This document shows positions 45,291-54,128 of a DNA stretch of 64,000 bases, piece after piece (the first letter of the stretch is position 1; the number at the start of each line of letters is the position of its first letter). The position numbers and the translations under genes are program-made. The DNA lies in assembly GCF_988242995.1 (NCBI RefSeq), contig NZ_OZ547043.1; one strand, 5' to 3'. Under the pieces are notes generated by a model, which did no database searches, was not told the origin of the DNA, and was given only the letters and a program-made list of their open reading frames with translations.

Positions 45291-45772
45291 TAAGAATCGC
45301 GTTTTTAATAACCAATAAATTTCTTGATATAGATAGTACCACTCTTGCTGGATATGATTTTAGCGGGATGGATCTACATCGTGCCATCCTCAATGGTTAT
45401 TGTCTTGATGGGGCGAAATTTGAAAATTCCCATTTAAGAAATGTAATGATTCAACATACATCAACTAGAAATGCTGTCTTTCGCAATGCGGCTCTGATGA
45501 ACGCTATTCTTAATAACTCAGATTTCACTGGAAGTGACTTTAGTAATTCAAGGTCAATAGGTGCAAACTTTGAGGGTGCTATATTAACTAATTCAACCTT
45601 TTGCAATGCAGACGTTAAAGATTCAAATTTTTCTGGTGCTGACTTATGTGGCGCTAATTTATTATGTGATAGATATGGCGATATAAATATAACAGGTGCA
45701 TTATTCGATAAAAACACCTCATGGTTAGAAGGTTTTGATCCTATAGCTCATGGGGCTATATTAAAAATATGA
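45287..45772 (+). CDS. pentapeptide-repeat protein, putative cognate immunity protein of the Rhs C-terminal toxin
   Basis: 161 aa; start overlaps rhs stop (ATGA); consecutive A(D/N)(L/F)xx pentapeptides ([40 protein letters not shown]...); AT-rich like the toxin tip. Confidence 0.8.
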   Translation: MIRIAFLITNKFLDIDSTTLAGYDFSGMDLHRAILNGYCLDGAKFENSHLRNVMIQHTSTRNAVFRNAALMNAILNNSDFTGSDFSNSRSIGANFEGAILTNSTFCNADVKDSNFSGADLCGANLLCDRYGDINITGALFDKNTSWLEGFDPIAHGAILKI

Positions 45773-46064
45773 CAAGGATCATAACTCATTATTTTCTGTG
45801 TCAGTAACACTGATGTGGAAAGTAGACTTACTTGCAATAGCCACCGGGATCTGCTGTTGAAAGCCGATCCCAAACAACCCCGGTTGCTGTGGTAAAGAGT
45901 CATAGTAGCGAGCGCAGGGGGAGTGCTCAGATTATATGAGATACAGTGAAATGAATAAACCCGAACCTGTGTTGACGTGTCGTTAGTCCTAAGCGGCATC
46001 AGAACCGGAGGTTTCGTGATACCGCCGTGATAAATTTACGGGTGAATTCCGAATGCTACGTAAA

Positions 46065-47520
46065 GGGTGTCCGGCGTATAGCAGACATCAGGATAAAAGT
46101 ATGAAAGCCCACGCCCCACAAGGCTTTACCGGATGATGAGTTTTTAAACTACGACATTACTTTTACAGTAAAATCCATCATGTTGGTATTTTCTCTCGAA
46201 CAATTTGACGATCCACGGAAAGATCACGTAACGCTGCTTTTTTGTACTAGACAATTCGCATTTTATGTTTAACAATTGAGATATTCCTCATTACCTGAAG
46301 CTGTTTTTTATTGCGTATACATGATCAAATACTCCTTACATAATTAAGGAGAACAAAATGGAACTTAAAAAATTGATGGAACATATTTCTATTATCCCCG
46401 ATTACAGACAAGCCTGGAAAGTGGAACATAAATTTTCGGATATTCTACTGTTGACTATTTGTGCCGTTATTTCGGGTGCAGAAGGCTGGGAAGATATAGA
46501 GGATTTTGGGGAAACACATCTCGATTTTTTGAAGCAATATGGTGATTTTGATAATGGTATTCCTGTTCACGATACCATTGCCAGAGTTGTATCCTGTATC
46601 AGTCCTGCAAAATTTCACGAGTGCTTTATTAACTGGATGCGTGACTGCCATTCTTCAGATGATAAAGACGTCATCGCAATTGATGGAAAAACACTCCGGC
46701 ATTCTTATGACAAGAGTCGCCGCAAGGGAGCGATTCATGTCATTAGTGCGTTCTCAACAATGCACAGTCTGGTTATCGGACAGATCAGGACGGATGAGAA
46801 ATCCAATGAGATTACAGCTATTCCAGAACTTCTTAACATGCTGGATATTAAAGGAAAAATCATCACAACTGATGCGATGGGTTGCCAGAAAGATATTGCA
46901 GAGAAGATACAAAAACAGGGCGGTGATTATTTATTCGCTGTAAAAGGAAACCAGGGGCGGCTAAATAAAGCCTTCGAGGAAAAATTTCCGCTGAAAGAAT
47001 TAAATAATCCAGAGCATGACAGTTACGCAATTAGTGAAAAGAGTCACGGCAGAGAAGAAATCCGTCTTCACATTGTTTGCGATGTCCCTGATGAACTTAT
47101 TGATTTCACGTTTGAATGGAAAGGTCTGAAGAAATTATGCGTGGCAGTCTCCTTTCGGTCAATAATAGCAGAACAAAAGAAAGAGCCAGAAATGACGGTC
47201 AGATATTATATCAGTTCTGCTGATTTAACCGCAGAGAAGTTCGCCACAGCAATCCGAAACCACTGGCACGTGGAGAATAAGCTGCACTGGCGTCTGGACG
47301 TGGTAATGAATGAAGACGACTGCAAAATAAGAAGAGGAAATGCAGCAGAATTATTTTCAGGGATACGGCACATGGCTATTAATATTTTAACGAATGATAA
47401 GATATTTAAGGCAGGGTTAAGACGTAAGATGCGAAAAGCAGCCATGGACAGAAACTACCTGGCGTCAGTCCTTGCTGGGTGCGGGCTTTCGTAATCTTGC
47501 CCTGCGCCAAAGATTCCATA
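46065..47520 (+). mobile_element. H-repeat (ISAs1-family) element, copy 2 (ends approximate)
   Basis: conserved upstream block homologous to copy 1; intact transposase ORF. Confidence 0.6.
46358..47494 (+). CDS. ydcC: H-repeat-associated (ISAs1-family) transposase, intact (YdcC-like)
   Basis: 378 aa; [52 protein letters not shown]...; clearly related to but diverged from the copy at 39521..40657. Confidence 0.85.
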   Translation: MELKKLMEHISIIPDYRQAWKVEHKFSDILLLTICAVISGAEGWEDIEDFGETHLDFLKQYGDFDNGIPVHDTIARVVSCISPAKFHECFINWMRDCHSSDDKDVIAIDGKTLRHSYDKSRRKGAIHVISAFSTMHSLVIGQIRTDEKSNEITAIPELLNMLDIKGKIITTDAMGCQKDIAEKIQKQGGDYLFAVKGNQGRLNKAFEEKFPLKELNNPEHDSYAISEKSHGREEIRLHIVCDVPDELIDFTFEWKGLKKLCVAVSFRSIIAEQKKEPEMTVRYYISSADLTAEKFATAIRNHWHVENKLHWRLDVVMNEDDCKIRRGNAAELFSGIRHMAINILTNDKIFKAGLRRKMRKAAMDRNYLASVLAGCGLS

Positions 47521-47539
47521 TAATAATATTAAGGTTGTT

Positions 47540-48175
47540 ATGAATAAAGGTAATAGATTACAACAGTTAGAAGATGCGTGTCGTGATATTATTAAAATTA
47601 ACATGTGGTATGAACTCCCCGATTATGTATTTTTTTCAATATCTGACACCATCGATGGGACGAGTGATGAATTTGCAATAAATGTGTATAAAAATATCGA
47701 TAAAAGTCTTCTTGAAATATTATTGCATCCATCTGTTTTACTGTCAGTTGTTGAGTCCTTACAAAGTAATACTATAGCTGAGTATATCGTGAAATTGTCT
47801 GGAATAGAGATGAATTATGACGACTTGCTAATATCGGATGTTAAGTCATGTCTTTTTATCAACTATGGATTCAATAACAGTGAATCGGTTGCGCTATTTA
47901 ATAAGATTTGCCGCGAATTAAAAGACATTGTAAAATCATCAAGAGTACATATAGATCATGAGAAAGATATTTTTGATGGCCTTAATCAAATCTTGGCTTT
48001 TTCCGATAATAATAAACGTGAGTATTTTTTATATATAAAGGCATATTGGCTCAGTTTATACTTTTGTGAAATTTCACAGAACGTGAGAGAAAGAGATAAG
48101 TTGTCATTTTATTATAATGAATTTTCTGTCCGATTTCCTAATGTTGTCCTATATCCGTCATGCTACAAATTGTAA
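47540..48175 (+). CDS. hypothetical protein (211 aa), AT-rich, no TM segments
   Basis: ORF track; AAGG 7 nt upstream of ATG; very low GC; no recognisable family. Confidence 0.5.
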   Translation: MNKGNRLQQLEDACRDIIKINMWYELPDYVFFSISDTIDGTSDEFAINVYKNIDKSLLEILLHPSVLLSVVESLQSNTIAEYIVKLSGIEMNYDDLLISDVKSCLFINYGFNNSESVALFNKICRELKDIVKSSRVHIDHEKDIFDGLNQILAFSDNNKREYFLYIKAYWLSLYFCEISQNVRERDKLSFYYNEFSVRFPNVVLYPSCYKL

Positions 48176-48566
48176 GGCTTGGCACCTGAAATTCATTGTT
48201 AATTCGAGACGCTTGATTGTCCACTATATCAAAACAGTCATACCTCGGAATTTCTCACATTAGTCCATACGGTATTCAATTTTCGCAACTGTGCCCTGAA
48301 ATAAAAAACTGCAAAACTGCTTTTTCTTGACCTGTCCCAATCACGCAAGACTACTTTTAGTAGAGACCTCCAGCCATATCGATTTTAGTGCCGCCCGCGC
48401 ATTTTATACAAAACAGGGCTTTATCAATGAAGCTATAATACGCAATTACTATGATGTTGGTGAGGATAAATTAATCTTCACTAAAAATATGCAATCGTGA
48501 GATAAAATATGCTTTTAACTCATATTGAAACATTGCTTACGCAACTTCGTTGCTGCATATGATTCT

Positions 48567-49136
48567 TTAGCCAGCGGTAATACGCTTGCCGCTGGTAACA
48601 AACGTGCCAGCACCTAAATGATGCAACGTATTGAGTTTGTCATCATCAAACTGCCAGCGGCCTTCGACAAATACTCGTGCGTCTGCCGCTGCTGATACTA
48701 CCTCGCCAAACAGTGTGTCGTATTTTTCTTGCGCAGAAGTCGCAGGTAGCAGGCGACACTCCATCCACGCCAGACATTTTTCCTCGACCAGCGGCAAACC
48801 AAGCACCGGGCCTCTCACTACCGGAATGCCGTAGCAATTAAATTTATCTTCTTCACGCCCCGACACACTTCCCACCGCCCACGTCCAGTTAGTTGCTGCA
48901 ACACCCGGGATAACGATGCCAAACTTACCATTACGTTCAATCAACTCCCTGGTCCATGTCGATTTATCTACCACAATCGCCACGCGTGGCGGTTCAAACT
49001 CCACCGGCATTGACCAGGCTGCTGCCATAATGTTACGCCGCTGGGATTGCTCATCGAAACTGGTGATCATGACAGTTGGGCCATGATTTAACAGACGGCT
49101 GGCATGGTGTAATTCGACGGGAATGAATTGGCTCAC
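48567..49136 (-). CDS. yddH: flavin reductase-like (FMN-binding split-barrel) protein YddH
   Basis: 189 aa; recognised as YddH. Confidence 0.85.
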   Translation of the reverse strand: MSQFIPVELHHASRLLNHGPTVMITSFDEQSQRRNIMAAAWSMPVEFEPPRVAIVVDKSTWTRELIERNGKFGIVIPGVAATNWTWAVGSVSGREEDKFNCYGIPVVRGPVLGLPLVEEKCLAWMECRLLPATSAQEKYDTLFGEVVSAAADARVFVEGRWQFDDDKLNTLHHLGAGTFVTSGKRITAG

Positions 49137-49310
49137 GATATCGCCTCGCTATGAAGGGTGTTTTAAAAGCGTAGCTCGTAACGCAATAAGTAACGAAATT
49201 AACGGGATTGGCGATTTGCGAACGTGATGCATGTCCGCGATCGCACAAAATAGCCGGTGCAGCGTCTATTCCAGGTTATAAGTTGAGAAAACCACTAAGG
49301 GAAACGCCTG

Positions 49311-50156
49311 ATGACGCCCATTCTGAATCACTATTTTGCCCGTATTAACTGGTTGGGAGCTGCTGCGGCCAATATTGATACGCTGCGTGCATTGCACCTG
49401 AAACACAATTGCACCATTCCATTTGAAAACCTCGACGTTTTGCTGCCAAGGGAAATACAGCTTGATGATCAATCGCTGGAAGAGAAACTGGTGACAGCCC
49501 GTCGTGGCGGTTACTGTTTTGAGCAGAATGGCGTGTTTGAGCGGGTGTTACGCGAGCTGGGGTTTAACGTTCGCAGCTTGTTAGGGCGCGTAGTGTTATC
49601 AAATCCGCCAGCATTACCGCCGCGCACCCATCGTTTGTTGTTGGTGGAACTGGAAGGGGAAAAATGGATTGCTGATGTCGGTTTCGGTGGACAGACGCTA
49701 ACCGCGCCGATTCGTTTAGTTCCCGATCTCGTGCAGATCACGCCACACGGAGAGTATCGGTTGTTACAGGAGGGTGATGATTGGGTGTTGCAGTTTAATC
49801 ATCATCAGCACTGGCAGTCGATGTACCGTTTTGATCTCTGCGAGCAGCAACAAAGCGATTATGTAATGGGCAATTTCTGGTCGGCGCACTGGCCGCAGTC
49901 GCATTTTCGCCATCATTTGCTGATGTGCCGCCATTTGCCGGACGGCGGCAAGCTGACACTGACCAATTTTCATTTTACCCATTATGAAAATGGGCACGCG
50001 GTGGAGCAGCGAAATCTACCAGATGTGGCGTCGTTATATGCCGTGATGCAGGAACAGTTTGGTCTGGGCGTGGATGATGTGAAACATGGCTTTACTGTGG
50101 ATGAGTTAGCGCTGGTGATGGCGGCGTTTGATACGCACCCGGAGGCGGGAAAATAA
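49311..50156 (+). CDS. nhoA: arylamine N-acetyltransferase / N-hydroxyarylamine O-acetyltransferase
   Basis: 281 aa; NAT catalytic Cys in RRGGYCFEQN. Confidence 0.95.
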   Translation: MTPILNHYFARINWLGAAAANIDTLRALHLKHNCTIPFENLDVLLPREIQLDDQSLEEKLVTARRGGYCFEQNGVFERVLRELGFNVRSLLGRVVLSNPPALPPRTHRLLLVELEGEKWIADVGFGGQTLTAPIRLVPDLVQITPHGEYRLLQEGDDWVLQFNHHQHWQSMYRFDLCEQQQSDYVMGNFWSAHWPQSHFRHHLLMCRHLPDGGKLTLTNFHFTHYENGHAVEQRNLPDVASLYAVMQEQFGLGVDDVKHGFTVDELALVMAAFDTHPEAGK

Positions 50157-50169
50157 TTTATGTCAGGTT

Positions 50170-50234
50170 GCCGGATGCGGCGTAAACGCCTTATCCGGCA
50201 TACATAGACCTGATAAGCGAAGCGCATCAGGCAA
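50170..50234. repeat. REP/BIME element (two inverted REP units)
   Basis: GCCGGATGCGGCGTAAACGCCTTATCCGGC followed by ...CCTGATAAGCGAAGCGCATCAGGCA between nhoA and yddE. Confidence 0.7.
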
Positions 50235-50239
50235 CGGTT

Positions 50240-51133
50240 TCAGAATTCAATTGCCCATTCGGCATGAAACAAAATCACCGCTGTGCCAGAAATGGTGACT
50301 TTCTCCGGTTGGTTATCGCGAATTGTCACCGTCACTTCAATCACGCCGTCACGCCCTAATGCGCGCCCCTGATGGCCTTTAACATGCAACACGTTGCCAT
50401 CGTGGGGCAATACGTTGTGATGTACCAACCATGCACCCATCGGGCCATTGGCATTGCCGGTCACCGGATCTTCCACAATACCAATGGCAGGCGAGAACAT
50501 ACGACCGTCGGTTTCGTTTTTGCCTGGGCGGATCTGGAACGGGAAGAAACCATTGCAGCCAATCTGTTTGCTGATAGCGGTCAGCGCAGCAAGATCAGGC
50601 GAAAGGGCGTCGATATCCACTTCTGGTTTCAGTGGGATCATCACTTTTGAGTGTCCTGTGGTTGCCACCTGAATTGGCAAGCCTGGCAGAATATCGTCTT
50701 CAGTGAGATGAAGCGCGTTGATAATTGCCGTGCGAGCTTCACCTTCCAGCGGTGGCTCAAAGCCCGGCGGACCTTGTTCCAGTGAAATACGATAATCATC
50801 ATTGTGATTTTCGATAGTCACGCGATGTTTTCCTGCCAGTGACGTTTGCCAGACCGTGCAATTTCCTAAACCTACCACCTTCGCACGTACATAGTGCGCA
50901 GCTACTGTCGCGTGACCGCAAATAGGCACTTCAACCGTTGGCGTAAAGTAGCGGATGCGCACATCGCTGTCGTCGCTGTGCAGCAGAAAAGCAGTTTCGG
51001 AATGACCTAATTCGCGGGCGATAAGCTGCATTTGCGCTTCACTGAGATTATCGGCGGGGAAAACAACACCGGCAGAATTGCCGCGAAACGGTTGTGAGGT
51101 AAAAGCATCGACGTGGTACACCTGCGGTTTCAT
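50240..51133 (-). CDS. yddE: PhzF-family isomerase-like protein YddE
   Basis: 297 aa; recognised as YddE. Confidence 0.9.
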   Translation of the reverse strand: MKPQVYHVDAFTSQPFRGNSAGVVFPADNLSEAQMQLIARELGHSETAFLLHSDDSDVRIRYFTPTVEVPICGHATVAAHYVRAKVVGLGNCTVWQTSLAGKHRVTIENHNDDYRISLEQGPPGFEPPLEGEARTAIINALHLTEDDILPGLPIQVATTGHSKVMIPLKPEVDIDALSPDLAALTAISKQIGCNGFFPFQIRPGKNETDGRMFSPAIGIVEDPVTGNANGPMGAWLVHHNVLPHDGNVLHVKGHQGRALGRDGVIEVTVTIRDNQPEKVTISGTAVILFHAEWAIEF

Positions 51134-51211
51134 TAACGTTCTCCTGTGGCTGGAGAACTATCATAGCCTGCAAGTGGCCGGAGAGCGAAGGGCTATCCGG
51201 CCAGGGTGAAA

Positions 51212-51892
51212 TTATCGCCGCGAGCGCACAATCTGATACCGACGAGTAAAGTACTCAAACGGCGCGCTCCACACATGCACCAGTCGGGTGAACGGGAAGA
51301 GCAGGAAGATGGTCATTCCCAACACCAGATGCAGGCGGAAAACGAACGCTACGCCGTTAAGCATTTCTGACGATCCACCACGGAAAGTGACAATGCTTTG
51401 CGCCCAACCCACCAGCTTCATCATTTCGCTACCATCAGGATACTGTGCTGAAAACGGTATGGTACTTAGCCCCAGCAGACACTGAATCAGCAAAATGATC
51501 ATGATGATAATATCCGGCGTAGTGGAAGTGGCACGCACGCGCTGATTTGTCAGCCTGCGCCACAGCAGTCCTGCGCCGCCAATCAGCGTCAATACACCGC
51601 AAATACCACCGAGCACCATCGCCATCTGCTGTTTTACCGCCACCGGCAGAAACCACGCGTACATCCAGTGCGGCGTTAACATGCCGAACAGGTGCCCGAA
51701 GAAAATCCCCAAAATGCCGATATGGAACAGATTCGACCATATCACCATCCCGCGTTTATCGAGCATCTGACTCGAGGAGGCGCGCCAGGTATACTGCCCG
51801 TAGTCGTAGCGCAGCCAGCTGCCGAGGAAAAACACTGTCGCACAAATGTACGGGTAGATATCATAAAAAAAGACGTTCAGATACTGAATCAT
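51212..51892 (-). CDS. narV: respiratory nitrate reductase 2 gamma subunit (cytochrome b)
   Basis: 226 aa membrane protein; last gene of narZYWV. Confidence 0.95.
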   Translation of the reverse strand: MIQYLNVFFYDIYPYICATVFFLGSWLRYDYGQYTWRASSSQMLDKRGMVIWSNLFHIGILGIFFGHLFGMLTPHWMYAWFLPVAVKQQMAMVLGGICGVLTLIGGAGLLWRRLTNQRVRATSTTPDIIIMIILLIQCLLGLSTIPFSAQYPDGSEMMKLVGWAQSIVTFRGGSSEMLNGVAFVFRLHLVLGMTIFLLFPFTRLVHVWSAPFEYFTRRYQIVRSRR

Positions 51893-52584
51893 TTCCCACC
51901 TCCCGCACTGATGTCGACATACTGCGGCGCGACATCCTGGCTAAAGCGTCGCTGATATTGATTAAGCGGCGAGCTGTCACACGCCGTGGCGTTATCTTCA
52001 ATAAACTTCACCTGTTCCTCTTCCCACACCGCATCCAGTGCCTGGCGGGTGTCATCGCGCTCCTCACTGTTCACCTGTTTTGTGACACTGTCACTTGAAA
52101 GTGTACTTCCTGCCAGTTGCAACAGGGTGTCAAATAACGCGTACCACGATGCCTCGCGTTGTTTTAAGCGTCCGCCAAGCAGGGCGAGGATCGGCGCAAC
52201 GTTGAGCAAGCCTTCTTTCGCCTGATCGTCCGGCAGTACGCTTAAGTACTCCAGATACAGCGGTAGATAATCGGGCAGTTCTCGACAATCCAACTGCAGG
52301 CCGACCTTTTCATACTCCGCCAGCAGGTCCACCATTGCCTGGCCGCGATCGCGGGACTCGGCATGAACATGTTCGAACAGCAGCAGCGATGTGGTACGTC
52401 CACGGTCAAACACTTCGCACCATTCGGCCTGTTTATCCAGCAGCGGCGCGTTAAGCAGGTTGCGGGTAAAATCCGTAAGCATCGGTGCGTCGCGGCGGAT
52501 CAACGCCAGCGCGTCCTCCTTACATTCCCACAACAGCTCGTCCGGATACTCCATCAACAGGCCGATCACTTTGAGGATCTGCAT
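51889..52584 (-). CDS. narW: nitrate reductase 2 delta subunit (assembly chaperone)
   Basis: 231 aa; overlaps narV start. Confidence 0.95.
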   Translation of the reverse strand: MQILKVIGLLMEYPDELLWECKEDALALIRRDAPMLTDFTRNLLNAPLLDKQAEWCEVFDRGRTTSLLLFEHVHAESRDRGQAMVDLLAEYEKVGLQLDCRELPDYLPLYLEYLSVLPDDQAKEGLLNVAPILALLGGRLKQREASWYALFDTLLQLAGSTLSSDSVTKQVNSEERDDTRQALDAVWEEEQVKFIEDNATACDSSPLNQYQRRFSQDVAPQYVDISAGGGK

Positions 52585-54128
52585 TATTCGCCCTCCGCTT
52601 TGTCGCGCACTTCGGTGATGTTGATGGCATCGATACGGCTACTGTTGAACAGGTTGAATTTGCTGTCCGAGCCGTGGCAACCGTCGCCAAAGGTAAAACC
52701 GCAGCCATTGCGTTCTGCGAAGGCATCGCCCGCCATTTCCCGATGACTGGTTGGAATGACAAAACGGTCTTCATAGTTGGCAATGGCGAGGTAGCGATAC
52801 ATCTCTTCGACCTGGGCGACGCTCAGGCCTACTTCGTCAATGGCGCGGGTATCGGTAACGCCTTCCACGGTTTGTGAACGCATATAGTGGCGCATCGCCA
52901 TCATCCGTTTCAGCGCCCGCAGTACCGGACCGGTATCGCCGGCACTCAACATATTGGCGAGATATTGCACCGGAATACGCAGGCTTTCGATGGCGGGCAG
53001 CACGCCTTCGCTTTTCGGCAAGCCGCCCGCATCAGCGTAAGACTGAATCGGTGACAGCGGAGGAACGTACCAGACCATCGGCAGGGTGCGGTATTCAGGG
53101 TGCAGCGGTAACGCCAGTTTCCAGTCCATCGCCATTTTGTAGACTGGCGAACGCTGAGCAGCTTCAATCACGTTTTGTGGAATACCTTGTTTCAGGGCTT
53201 CTTCGATCACTGAGGGATCGAGCGGATCGAGGAACACTTCGCACTGGCGTTCATAGAGGTCAACTTCGCGCTCGGTGCTCGCCGCTTCCTCGATGCGGTC
53301 GGCGTCGTAAAGCAGCACGCCCAGATACCGGATGCGACCCACGCAGGTTTCTGAGCACACGGTGGGTTGGCCTGACTCAATTCGTGGGTAACAGAAGATA
53401 CATTTTTCTGACTTGCCGCTTTTCCAGTTGAAGTAGATTTTTTTGTACGGACAACCGCTAATGCACAAACGCCAGCCACGGCATTTATCCTGATCGATCA
53501 GCACAATGCCGTCTTCTTCGCGTTTGTAGATAGCGCCGCTTGGGCAGGTTGCCACGCAACTGGGATTGAGGCAGTGTTCGCACAGGCGCGGCAGGTACAT
53601 CATGAAGGTGTTTTCAAACTGCCCGTACATCTCCTTTTGCATGGCCTCGAAGTTGCGGTCACGGGCGCGTTTTTCGAATTCGCCGCCCAACAATTCTTCC
53701 CAGTTTGGCCCCCAGATCACTTTGTCCATCCGTTTGCCGTCAATCAGTGAACGCGGGCGAGCAGTAGGGATATGTTTGCCTTCCGGTGCGCTATGCAAAT
53801 GTTCGTAGTCGAAGGTGAAAGGTTCGTAGTAATCATCAATCTGCGGCACCACCGGGTTGGCGAAGATTTTGGTTATTACGCCCATCTTGCTGCCCAGACG
53901 CGGGCGGATCTTGCCATTCACATCACGCACCCAGCCGCCTTGCCACTCTTCCTGATCTTCCCAGTTTTTCGGATAACCAATGCCCGGTTTGGTTTCGACG
54001 TTGTTAAACCATGCGTACTCCATGCCTTCGCGTCCGGTCCAGACGTTTTTACAGGTCACCGAACAGGTATGGCAGCCGATACATTTATCGAGGTTAAGCA
54101 CCATGCCGACTTGCGAACGTATTTTCAT
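52584..54128 (-). CDS. narY: nitrate reductase 2 beta subunit (Fe-S)
   Basis: 514 aa; multiple Cys clusters (CIGCHTCSVTCK, CEHCLNPSCVATCP). Confidence 0.95.
   Translation of the reverse strand: MKIRSQVGMVLNLDKCIGCHTCSVTCKNVWTGREGMEYAWFNNVETKPGIGYPKNWEDQEEWQGGWVRDVNGKIRPRLGSKMGVITKIFANPVVPQIDDYYEPFTFDYEHLHSAPEGKHIPTARPRSLIDGKRMDKVIWGPNWEELLGGEFEKRARDRNFEAMQKEMYGQFENTFMMYLPRLCEHCLNPSCVATCPSGAIYKREEDGIVLIDQDKCRGWRLCISGCPYKKIYFNWKSGKSEKCIFCYPRIESGQPTVCSETCVGRIRYLGVLLYDADRIEEAASTEREVDLYERQCEVFLDPLDPSVIEEALKQGIPQNVIEAAQRSPVYKMAMDWKLALPLHPEYRTLPMVWYVPPLSPIQSYADAGGLPKSEGVLPAIESLRIPVQYLANMLSAGDTGPVLRALKRMMAMRHYMRSQTVEGVTDTRAIDEVGLSVAQVEEMYRYLAIANYEDRFVIPTSHREMAGDAFAERNGCGFTFGDGCHGSDSKFNLFNSSRIDAINITEVRDKAEGE

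Noticed and set aside
45773-46064. Possible orphan toxin fragment between the immunity gene and the second H-repeat element
   Set aside because: No sustained open frame or Rhs-like DPxGL motif was found; sequence has moderate GC but no clear coding signal.
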